Shown here: in pieces, positions 52,355-59,980 of the stretch | Numbering within the stretch: the first letter of the stretch is position 1 | How the letters are laid out: every line of letters begins with the position of its first letter | Origin: Thermoplasmata archaeon | Lineage (GTDB): Archaea > Thermoplasmatota > Thermoplasmata > Lutacidiplasmatales > UBA184 | Direction of reading: 5' to 3' | DNA length: 64,000 bases | NCBI GenBank assembly: GCA_027314165.1 | Contig: DAHVCH010000011.1 | Location: forward strand, 1,990-65,989 | Notes under the pieces: generated by a model | What the model saw: only the letters and a program-made list of their open reading frames with translations | Told to the model about the DNA's origin: nothing | Database searches by the model: none | Made by a program: the position numbers and the translations under genes

Positions 52355-54262
52355 ATGGTCGACCTTTTCCAGTTGCTCTACGACACCACCGCGATCGTCG
52401 CGTACCTGGTGCTGCCCGTCGCGATCTTCGCCGCGCTGTTCCTCCTGGCCTGGGAGCGCGGGCTCGAGGGCGACCTTGTCGGGTTCGGCAAGCGGACCTT
52501 CCTCTTGCTGCTCGTGGGCGGGGTGATCGGCTACGTCGCGAACCTGCCGTTCTTCACGTGGAACGGCTCCGTCCTGATGGTGAACGTGGGGGGTGCGCTC
52601 CTCCCCGTCGCGGTCTCCCTGGTCGTGCTGGACCAGAGGATCCTCCCGGGGCGAACGCGCGAGCTCGCCCTCTTCCTCGGGCTGCTCGCCCTCGCCGTCG
52701 GCGCGACGCTCGTCGCGCTGGTCGAGCTCCCGACACGGCTCGGGCTCGTGGGCTTCCTGGCCTGCTTCGCCCTCTCGGGCGCCCTGCTCGTCGCCCTCCG
52801 ACGGAGGGCCGTTCCCGCCCCCCGGCTGGGCTCGACGGTGGACGCGGTCGCCCCCTTCGTCCTCATCGCGCTCGGGATCTGGGGGACCTACCTGACCACG
52901 ACGGTGGTCCCCGCGGTCGGGATCGTCTCCACGTTCCCGGACTACCTGGTGGCCCCTCTGCTCATCGCCCTCGCCGCGGTGGGGCTCCGCTGGCCACGCC
53001 GCGACGCCCCTGCCCTCGCCTTCGCGGCCTCCACCCTCGGCGTCCTCATCGGCGCCGACATCCTCCACCAGCCGCAGCTCTTCCAGGCGCCCGCCTTCCT
53101 GGGCTCGATCGGGGGCGCCGGGCCGCTCGACCTGGTCTTCCTCTCCGGCCCGTTCGCCTTGGGCGTTGCGCTCGTCGTGGATGTCCTCCTCCGGCGGGCC
53201 ACGGGCCCCTCCCCCCTTGGCGCGGAGAAGGCTCCCTCCGCGCGCCCGTTCGGGCCCGTGCGCGGCTCGGAAGCCCGCTTCTACGAGGGGCTCCACGCCT
53301 ACTCGGAGGGGCGCTACGCCGAGGTGGCTCCCGCCGTGGTCCGGACGCTCGACCGCGACCTGGCCGAGACGCGCCGCGCCCTGGGGCTCCCTGAAGCACC
53401 GGCGGCGGCGGGTCTGGAGCCGCTCCCCGTCCACCCGTTCCTGTCCGCCGACCTGGCGAACCTTCGCCAGGTCGCCCAGGAGCCCCCGGGAACCGCGGTG
53501 CGCGAGGACGCCCGACGGGCGCTGGTGACGGGCTTCCTGGTGCAGCGGGGCTTCCTGGGCCTGCTGGGACGGCGCCTGGCGTTGGTGGGCGACCGTGTGA
53601 AGGCCTTCCTGGTCGACCTGCTCGTGGCGTTCCTACCGTCCATCCCCGCCCTCTACCTCCTCCTGAGGTTGCTGCACCTGGACGTCAACTCCGTCACGGA
53701 CTCCCCGTACACCTCGATCGGCTACCTGGCCGCGATCAGCTGGATCGGCGCCTGGCCGTTCCTGATCTACGCCATCCTTGAGTGGAGGTACGGCGTGACC
53801 CCGGGGAAGCGCCTCCTGGACCTGGTCGTCGTGGGCCCGGACGGGGGCCATCCCTCGATGCTCTCCGCGCTCGCGAGGAACGTCCCGAAGCTCCTCCCCC
53901 TGGCCGCCCTGTCCCTGACGCTGGGGATCGGTCTGCCCTTCGCCTTCCAGACCGCTCCGATCTCGGTGGGGGCGAGCGTCGCGCTCGTCATCATCGGGGC
54001 GGGAGTGTTCATCAGCGGGCTCATCGGCCTGGTCAGCGTGTGGGCGATGCGCGTCAGTCCCCGCCGTCAGAGGGTGGGCGACGTGCTCGGCGCGTCCATG
54101 GTCTGGACGCGGAAGCCCCCGCACGTGCCGGGGATCCTCATGGCGGCGGGGAGCCCGACGGTGTCCCCGCCGGCGGCGCCGTGGGCGCCGCGGGAGGCGC
54201 CTGCGGCCGCTCCGAGCCCGTTGGGGGGGCCGATGGGCCCGCCGCCCCTCCAGCCCTGGTGA
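52355..54262 (+). CDS. Polytopic membrane protein: DUF1614-like N-terminal region + C-terminal RDD-family domain
   Basis: 635 aa. The N-terminal multi-TM region contains …NVGGALLPVAVSL… and …GVLIGADIL…GSIGGAGPLDLVFL…. The C-terminal region …WRYGVTPGKRLLDLVVVGPDGGHPSMLSALARN… is RDD-like. The P/A-rich tail overlaps the Alba 3' end. Confidence 0.55.
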   Translation: MVDLFQLLYDTTAIVAYLVLPVAIFAALFLLAWERGLEGDLVGFGKRTFLLLLVGGVIGYVANLPFFTWNGSVLMVNVGGALLPVAVSLVVLDQRILPGRTRELALFLGLLALAVGATLVALVELPTRLGLVGFLACFALSGALLVALRRRAVPAPRLGSTVDAVAPFVLIALGIWGTYLTTTVVPAVGIVSTFPDYLVAPLLIALAAVGLRWPRRDAPALAFAASTLGVLIGADILHQPQLFQAPAFLGSIGGAGPLDLVFLSGPFALGVALVVDVLLRRATGPSPLGAEKAPSARPFGPVRGSEARFYEGLHAYSEGRYAEVAPAVVRTLDRDLAETRRALGLPEAPAAAGLEPLPVHPFLSADLANLRQVAQEPPGTAVREDARRALVTGFLVQRGFLGLLGRRLALVGDRVKAFLVDLLVAFLPSIPALYLLLRLLHLDVNSVTDSPYTSIGYLAAISWIGAWPFLIYAILEWRYGVTPGKRLLDLVVVGPDGGHPSMLSALARNVPKLLPLAALSLTLGIGLPFAFQTAPISVGASVALVIIGAGVFISGLIGLVSVWAMRVSPRRQRVGDVLGASMVWTRKPPHVPGILMAAGSPTVSPPAAPWAPREAPAAAPSPLGGPMGPPPLQPW

Positions 54263-54539
54263 GAACGATCTCGATCGAGGAGACGTTCGCGTCCTTCCCG
54301 TCGCGGTTGGTGAGCCGCTCGGTCCCGATCCGAACGTTCACCACGTGGACCGCCCCCTCGGTGAGCTTGTGCCGGCGGACCACCTCGGCCACGTCGACCG
54401 CGCGGGAGATCGCTTTCCCCCTCGCCTTGACCTTCACTTCGGGCGCTCCGCTCAGGAGCTGTCCCACCACCTCGAACACGTAGGTCATGGTCGGCTTGTC
54501 GCCGACGAAGACGACCGGATCGGTCCGGACGTGGTGCAT
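54138..54539 (-). CDS. albA: Alba DNA/RNA-binding protein (canonical core; the frame remains open upstream, see findings)
   Basis: MHHVRTDPVVFVGDKPTMTYVFEVVGQLLSGAPEVKVKARGKAISRAVDVAEVVRRHKL…VNVRIGTERL…VSSIEIVL is the Alba fold sequence, followed by a P/A-rich C-terminal tail. Confidence 0.8.
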   Translation of the reverse strand: MHHVRTDPVVFVGDKPTMTYVFEVVGQLLSGAPEVKVKARGKAISRAVDVAEVVRRHKLTEGAVHVVNVRIGTERLTNRDGKDANVSSIEIVLTRAGGAAGPSAPPTGSERPQAPPAAPTAPPAGTPSGSPPP

Positions 54540-54590
54540 GGGAGGGCGGGGAGGCCGCCCCTGCCACTGACCGCGGGGCCTTCCGCCGTC

Positions 54591-54674
54591 GCCGCCACCA
54601 CCTCCGCCGCCTCCTCCACCGCCGCCTCCGCCGCCTCCGCCGCCACCTCCGCCGCCTCCTCCACCGCCGCCACC
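54591..54674 (-). repeat. Imperfect trinucleotide (GGN)28 tract, in frame with and 51 nt upstream of the Alba ATG
   Basis: The plus strand reads (GCC/ACC/TCC)n. On the minus strand this gives 28 consecutive Gly codons with mixed third positions, flanked by RRRDRRH and DGGRPRGQWQGRPPRPP. Confidence 0.9.
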
Positions 54675-54953
54675 ATGGCGGCGATCACGTCGGCGGCCCG
54701 GCCCTCGTTCTCCCTGGTCCGGAGGCCGTTCCGAAGAGGGCGGGGGGGTCGCGGGAGGGGTCGCCGGAGCCTCGCTGGGAGGGGGAGAAGAGGCCGCGGA
54801 GCTGGACGGCGGGTTTCCCTCGGCCACGGGGGCGGGGGAGGAGGGGCCCTCCAAAAGGCCTTTCCTCCCGCGAGGGGCCCCGCGGCTCCGCGGGTCCGTC
54901 CGAAAGAGCTTAAGCGGGTGGGCGTTCGGAACGCGGGAAGGGAGAAGAGAAGC

Positions 54954-55038
54954 GCAGGGGTGGCCCAGCTTGGTCAAAGGCGCTAGGTTGAGGTCCTAGT
55001 CTCGTAGGAGTTCGAGAGTTCAAATCTCTCCCCCTGCA
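54954..55038 (+). tRNA. tRNA-Leu (anticodon GAG), class II with long variable arm
   Basis: GCAGGGG-TG-GCCCAGCTTGGTCAAAGGCG-CTAGG-TTGAGGT-CCTAG-TCTCGTAGGAGTTC-GAGAG-TTCAAAT-CTCTC-CCCCTGC-A. Confidence 0.9.
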
Positions 55039-55106
55039 TCCTCTCCTCCCTCAAGGTCCGCAGGCCCCCGTCCCGGGGGACCTGCCCCCGCCGTGGCCCG
55101 AGCGCG

Positions 55107-55883
55107 CTACCGGTCGGGCAGCTTCTGCTCGACCAGCTTCTTCTCGATGATCGCGAGCCCTTCGGACAGGCTGGAGATCGCCATGCCGAGCTGCTGGGCG
55201 AGCGTGGTCAGGGTGATCCTCCGGGGCACCTCGAAGTACCCGGCGGCGATCGCCCGTCGCAGGACCTCCTGCTGACGCGGGGTCAGCAGCTCTTCGCCCC
55301 TGGCCATGTCGTGGCGCACGGATTCGATGGTCATGCCGGGGGCGATCGTCCGAAGCTCCTCCAGGAGGCGGCGGACCTTCGGCTCCGGACCCACCACGAC
55401 CCACGTCGCCGTCCCGGATTCGATGACGAAGGGGAACCGACGCATCAGCTGGAGCCTCTGGAAGAGGGAGATGAAGGAGGAAGTACGGTGCGACACGCGC
55501 AGCTCGGTGACGGGGGCGGGGGCCCCGAGCTGCTCGACGCGGTTCACCCCGGGAAGCCCTCCGATCTCCTCCGCCCAGGGTCCGGCCTCGGCCGCCCTCA
55601 CCCGGACCTCGGTCAGGGTCCTTCCGCCACCCAGATCGAGGCGGTTCAGGACCTCGACGACCACCTCTGGGCGGGCCGAGCTGAACCGCTGGACCCAGCT
55701 CCCTTCCGGAAGCGGCACCCGCAGCCGGCAGGCGAGCAGAGGCTGGACCGCTGCTTCGACCGGTTTCTCCGGCGCGGGCCTGGGACCGCGGGAGCGAGGG
55801 GGGGCCTCACGCGCCGACCGACGACCTCCGGCGACCCTCTTCGGGCGTGGGGCACGAGGCTTGGGCCGGGAGGTGGAGGGCAC
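55107..55883 (-). CDS. HTH_10 (Bat-type) DNA-binding regulator, paralog of 13165-13899
   Basis: C-terminal …LTPRQQEVLRRAIAAGYFEVPRRITLTTLAQQLGMAISSLSEGLAIIEKKL. GTG start at 55883. The basic P/R-rich N-terminus makes the exact start uncertain. Confidence 0.75.
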   Translation of the reverse strand: MPSTSRPKPRAPRPKRVAGGRRSAREAPPRSRGPRPAPEKPVEAAVQPLLACRLRVPLPEGSWVQRFSSARPEVVVEVLNRLDLGGGRTLTEVRVRAAEAGPWAEEIGGLPGVNRVEQLGAPAPVTELRVSHRTSSFISLFQRLQLMRRFPFVIESGTATWVVVGPEPKVRRLLEELRTIAPGMTIESVRHDMARGEELLTPRQQEVLRRAIAAGYFEVPRRITLTTLAQQLGMAISSLSEGLAIIEKKLVEQKLPDR

Positions 55884-56016
55884 AAGGTACGCAACGTTCT
55901 TCGGGATTAAGTCCGCGCTGGCCGGCTCGGGGGGGAACGCCGAACGCTCTAGGTGGCCGGTCTAACGGAGCCGGGGGACTCCCCACCCCAGGAGACCCCG
56001 TACGGGGAACCTGACC

Positions 56017-56913
56017 ATGATCGCTATCGAGGCGTCGGACCCACTGGAAGAACTTCAACGCGAGAACGAGGTGACCGAGCGCCTGCTCGAGCGGCTGCTC
56101 GAGGAGGCCCAGTCGCTCAGGGCGGGCAGACCGGTGCCGCCGGGGGAGATCTCGGCCGGGCTCCGGCTCCTGGAGCAGTACCTGCGGGTCCACGTCGCGC
56201 GCCTGGACCGGGGGCTCCTGCCCGAGGCCCGCGAGGCGGCGATGCCGACCTGTTCCGCCCATCTCGACAAGATGGACGAGTACCACTTGGAGGAAGGCCG
56301 CCTCCTGACCGAGGCCAAGGCCGTCCTCCTCGACCACGAGAAGGGACGGGGCGAGCCATCGAGACGTCTCGCCGAGGCCCTGGAGCGGCTCACGCAACGG
56401 GACCACGAGGTGGGCACCTACGAGGGCGACTACCCGCTCTCCTGCCTGCGGACCGCGCTCCCCGAGGACGCCTCGAAGCGTGTCGCGGAGCGATTCGCGC
56501 CCACCCGCCGAGAGCTCTCCGACCTCGACGCCCACGTCCAGAGGCATCTCGCCTCCGCGGATCGGAAGGAGGGCTCGCCCTTGGCCGTGCACTGCGCTCA
56601 CGAGGGGTGCGAGGCCAAGGGTAGGGCCCAGGTGGTCCCGGGGCCCGGAGGGCGTCTCGAGCTCGTCGCTCCGAAGGACGGCTGGGCCGTGGCTTCCCAG
56701 ATGGTGGCGCCCCACGGGTCCTGGGTCGTCCGAATTCAGGTCCACTTCCAATGCCCTCGCCACGCGTCCGGCGCCCCTGGGGCCGAGCTTGCCGCCACGG
56801 CGATGGCCTTGTGGGCTGACGACGGAGGACACGCGGGGCCGAGCTCGATCGGAGGAGGTCGGGGCCCTTCGGGGATGCCGCGCCCGCCCGCTCCGGTCCC
56901 GGGGACCGCGTGA
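56017..56913 (+). CDS. Helical hemerythrin-like (HHE-type) domain protein with C-terminal Cys/His cluster
   Basis: The N-terminal ~165 aa are helical with H/E-rich motifs (…YLRVHVARLD…, …HLDKMDEYHLEEGRLL…, …RDHEVGTYEGDYPL…). The C-terminus has …LAVHCAHEGCEAKG…VHFQCPRHAS (C-x-H-x2-C … C-x2-H). The family call is tentative. Confidence 0.45.
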   Translation: MIAIEASDPLEELQRENEVTERLLERLLEEAQSLRAGRPVPPGEISAGLRLLEQYLRVHVARLDRGLLPEAREAAMPTCSAHLDKMDEYHLEEGRLLTEAKAVLLDHEKGRGEPSRRLAEALERLTQRDHEVGTYEGDYPLSCLRTALPEDASKRVAERFAPTRRELSDLDAHVQRHLASADRKEGSPLAVHCAHEGCEAKGRAQVVPGPGGRLELVAPKDGWAVASQMVAPHGSWVVRIQVHFQCPRHASGAPGAELAATAMALWADDGGHAGPSSIGGGRGPSGMPRPPAPVPGTA

Positions 56914-57443
56914 ACGCGCCTCAGGTCGCATCCGGGCCCCGGATGCTCCCGTCGCTCCCGATGGCCGGCCGGAAGGCGCCCTCGAGGGAGGCGCTTTGGA
57001 TGCTGCTGAACGGCTCCGGCTACCTTCTCCTGCTCTGCGCCTCGATGGTCGTCGCGGTCCTGCTTCAACTCGTGTGGGGCCGCTCCCTCCCCGACAGTTT
57101 CGTGGACGACCGTGACCTGGTCGCGCTCTTCGGATGGGTGGGGCTGACGATCAGCGGGGTCAGCACCATCGTCGTGCCGAACCACGTAGGTGTCGGCCTC
57201 TGGCCGCGCTCCGTCCCTCGCCTGCACCTGGTGATGACCAACCTTGGGATCCTGGGGTTCTTCGGGACCTCGCTCCTCATTCCCGGGTCGAACCTTGCCC
57301 TGGTCTTCCTACTGCTGGCGCTCCTCTCCTTCCTTATCTTCGGAACGCTCGTGGTCCGGACGGTCCTGCCCTTCGCCCTGGGCCGCAGCCCGAGGACCGC
57401 GGAGCCCGCGGTCGCGCCCGGCCGCGCCGGCGCATCGAAGTGA
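56910..57443 (+). CDS. 4-TM membrane protein, translationally coupled (GTGA) to the preceding gene
   Basis: 177 aa with hydrophobic segments: …YLLLLCASMVVAVLLQLVW…, …LFGWVGLTISGVSTIVVPNHVG…, …LVMTNLGILGFFGTSLL…, …LVFLLLALLSFLIFGTLVV…. Confidence 0.5.
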   Translation: MNAPQVASGPRMLPSLPMAGRKAPSREALWMLLNGSGYLLLLCASMVVAVLLQLVWGRSLPDSFVDDRDLVALFGWVGLTISGVSTIVVPNHVGVGLWPRSVPRLHLVMTNLGILGFFGTSLLIPGSNLALVFLLLALLSFLIFGTLVVRTVLPFALGRSPRTAEPAVAPGRAGASK

Positions 57444-57567
57444 CTGCGGAAGGTCGGAGAGCGCCTTCGCGGGGGAAGCGAGGGCGGAACCTGGCGGAAC
57501 AGGGCCGAAGCGCTTCGGGAGAATGTAGAGGAGCCTGGGCGTCCTCGACGGCAGGAGGAGCGGGTCG

Positions 57568-58290
57568 ATGTCGGAAGGGGGCGGCGGGTTCCAGATCTCC
57601 ATCACGCCTCGGGCGGCCAAGGCGTTCCAGGAGGTCCTGGCCCACCAGCCGCCGGGCTCCGCCGTCCGGGTCTTCGCCCTCCCCGGACCCCACCCGCGCC
57701 CGAACATGTTCATCGAGAAGCCCCGGCCCCACGAGCAGGTGCTCCAGGTGGAAGGGGTCCCTCTCCTCGTGGATGAGGTGAGCGAGAAGTTCCTCGCGGA
57801 GGCCGTGATCGACCACCTGGACGCCTCCGGAAGCTCCGGTTTTCACATCGAGGGACCCAACGTGCCGACGACCGGCGCGGGGGAGGGGGAGGCGACCGGA
57901 GCGGACCCCTCCGGACCCGCTCCCCCCTCGGCGGGACCGCCGACCGCTCCGGCTTCGCCTTCGGCCGCGAACCCTCCCCGAGGACCTGCCGAGAGGGATG
58001 CGATGCTCCGCCAGGCCCTCCGCAAGATCTACGACCCGGAGATCCCCATGAACATCCTGGACCTGGGGCTCATCTACGGGATCGACTGGCCCGCCGAGGA
58101 CACGCTCCACGTTCGGATGACGATGACCAGCCCCGGCTGCCCCGTCGCGGGTCTGCTCCACGACCAGGTCGAGGAAGCGGCGCGCGCAATCCCGGGGGTC
58201 CGGGAAGCGGATGTCGAGATCGTGTGGGAACCCGCCTGGGGCCCGGAGAAGATGAGCGCGTTCGCGCGGCGCCAGTTCGGCTACGATTGA
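57568..58290 (+). CDS. Fusion protein: Cys-less HesB/IscA-like domain + Pro/Ala linker + DUF59 (SufT/MIP18-type Fe-S assembly) domain
   Basis: N-terminal …FQISITPRAAKAFQEVL…VRVFALPGP…VEGVPLLVDEVSEKFLAEAVIDHLD…GFHIEGPN has the HesB topology but lacks the three conserved Cys. C-terminal …LRKIYDPEIPMNILDLGLIYGI…VRMTMTSPGCPVAG…VEIVWEPAWGPEKMS is the DUF59 signature. Confidence 0.75.
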   Translation: MSEGGGGFQISITPRAAKAFQEVLAHQPPGSAVRVFALPGPHPRPNMFIEKPRPHEQVLQVEGVPLLVDEVSEKFLAEAVIDHLDASGSSGFHIEGPNVPTTGAGEGEATGADPSGPAPPSAGPPTAPASPSAANPPRGPAERDAMLRQALRKIYDPEIPMNILDLGLIYGIDWPAEDTLHVRMTMTSPGCPVAGLLHDQVEEAARAIPGVREADVEIVWEPAWGPEKMSAFARRQFGYD

Positions 58291-58332
58291 CCGGCCGTCG
58301 TCCGTTCGGCTTGGCTCCGGCGGACGGCCGCC

Positions 58333-59451
58333 TCAGGGATAGAAGACCGAGGAGTCCACGCCGAAGGCCCGCCCCACGACCGAGCGCTCGAGGGCCACGG
58401 CGAGGAGGAGCGCGATCCCGAAGCCGACGATCGCGGCGACGTTGAGGAGGGAGGCCCAGGAGCGCACCGCCTGCAGTCCCAGGAGGTCGGCGCCCACCCG
58501 CGCCCCCACGGAGAGGTCGAGGACGACGAGCGGCGCGTAGAAGAACCGGTGGAACGGCACGGGCCGTCCCAGCACCGCAGGCACGATGATGGTCGCATGG
58601 GCGAAGACCATCGATAGGACAAAGCCCAGGAAGACCGCGTGGAGCTGGGCATCGTACACCAGCGTGTCGGGAAGGATCCCGCCGTAGGCGAGGACGAGGA
58701 GACCCCCCGCCAGCAGCCAAAGGTGGCCGGAAAGGAGGCTCACGGCCGTGAACCGGGGAACCCCGGGCCGGGAGAGGTTCCTCCGGGCCACGTCATGGAC
58801 GAGCAGCCACACCGCCATCCCCGCCCAGGACATCGCGAGGAGTTCTGTCCCGAGCGCGAACGACCGGAGGGCGACGACGCACGCGATCACGTCGAGAGCG
58901 ACCATCGCGACGAGGGCGAGCCGGCGCGTCCGGGAGATGGGCAGGACCCGGGTGAGTTCGAGGCGCTCCGCGACGATCACCAGGACGAGGAAGGACCCCC
59001 ACCAGGGGATCACGTAGGGCACGTCCAGGCCGGACCACCAGAGCAGGTTCCCGACGAGGAGCGAGACCGCGCCGAGGAGCTGGGCCATCGTGTGGACCGC
59101 GGGTTGCCGTGAGAGGATGATCAGGAACATCCCCACGATCACCGCGCTCCCGGCGGTCAGCAGCAGCCCCCCGGGATCCCACGGGAGACCGATGGCGAAG
59201 AGGACCGAGCCCGCCCCCGTCAGGAGCGGCCCGGCGAAGAGCCCCCGGCGCTCGAGCGCGACCGCGCGCTCCAGCCCGATGAGCGTCGCCAGCACCCCGT
59301 TCACCATGAGCGCCCCATGGGCGTCCAGGAACCCGGAGGACGGGACCGGCAGGGCCCAGCCCACCCGGTCGAGCCCCGTCCACACCCCCAGCGCGAGCGC
59401 CAGGATCCCGACGGCCATCGCCGGGTAGCGGAGCGAGGAGCGTTCGACCAT
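58333..59451 (-). CDS. Polytopic (~10-12 TM) membrane protein of unknown function, downstream of DUF2249
   Basis: 372 aa with conserved-looking …FLDAHGALMVNGVLATLIGLERAVALE… and …VLVIVAERLELTRVLP… plus …HAVFLGFVLSMVFAHATIIVP…. It may be an NnrS-like/heme-copper-type protein, but I cannot assign a family. Confidence 0.6.
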   Translation of the reverse strand: MVERSSLRYPAMAVGILALALGVWTGLDRVGWALPVPSSGFLDAHGALMVNGVLATLIGLERAVALERRGLFAGPLLTGAGSVLFAIGLPWDPGGLLLTAGSAVIVGMFLIILSRQPAVHTMAQLLGAVSLLVGNLLWWSGLDVPYVIPWWGSFLVLVIVAERLELTRVLPISRTRRLALVAMVALDVIACVVALRSFALGTELLAMSWAGMAVWLLVHDVARRNLSRPGVPRFTAVSLLSGHLWLLAGGLLVLAYGGILPDTLVYDAQLHAVFLGFVLSMVFAHATIIVPAVLGRPVPFHRFFYAPLVVLDLSVGARVGADLLGLQAVRSWASLLNVAAIVGFGIALLLAVALERSVVGRAFGVDSSVFYP

Positions 59452-59526
59452 CGTCGGACCGGTGGAGAGGAGAGCCGAGCGTCGACCGTGTGTACGGCGG
59501 GACCGGGCTGAGAGGACCGCCCCGAC

Positions 59527-59847
59527 CTATTGGACGGTCGGGATCGGGCTGCGGTCGGAGGCTACCGAGAGCTTGCGGATGCGGACGCGCCAGTTCTCGG
59601 GGCCCCTCTCCAGGTAGTCCCACGTGAACCGGCCGGTGTGCTCGGCCTGGAACTGGTAGTAGAGCGGCTTCGGGTCGTGGTCGTTCAGCAGGACGAAGGA
59701 TTCTCCGGGCGAGAGCGCCTCGAACGTCCCGAAGATCCTCGGGTGTCTCTGGGCGGGCGGGGTGCTCCTCACATCGACGACCGTCTCGTTCGGCAGCACC
59801 TGCGTCAGCGGCCCAGCGTTCTGGTGGTCCACGGGAGGCTTCTCCAT
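59527..59847 (-). CDS. DUF2249-domain protein
   Basis: …VVDVRSTPPAQRHPRIFGTFEALSPGESFVLLNDHDPKPLYYQFQAEHTGRFTWDYLERGPENWRVRIRK matches the DUF2249 pattern (RHP.IF…L.PG…L.NDHDP.PL…W.YLE.GP..W). ATG at 59847. Confidence 0.75.
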   Translation of the reverse strand: MEKPPVDHQNAGPLTQVLPNETVVDVRSTPPAQRHPRIFGTFEALSPGESFVLLNDHDPKPLYYQFQAEHTGRFTWDYLERGPENWRVRIRKLSVASDRSPIPTVQ

Positions 59848-59980
59848 CGGTATCTCCGTCCGGCCCTTCGGGCCTTGACCTGGGCAGAAGAGGGGCTGCG
59901 AAGAGGAGAGGACCGAAACCTTTCGGAACGAGGCCGAGGAGCACGGGCGACATACCCCACCGTCGGGAGGAGCGAACCTG

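Noticed and set aside
54591-54674. Repetitive tract considered as a possible CRISPR-like or minisatellite array
   Set aside because: The period is 3 nt with no spacers. It is a codon-level (GGN)n tract in frame with Alba, not a CRISPR array. No repeat-spacer architecture was seen anywhere in the window.
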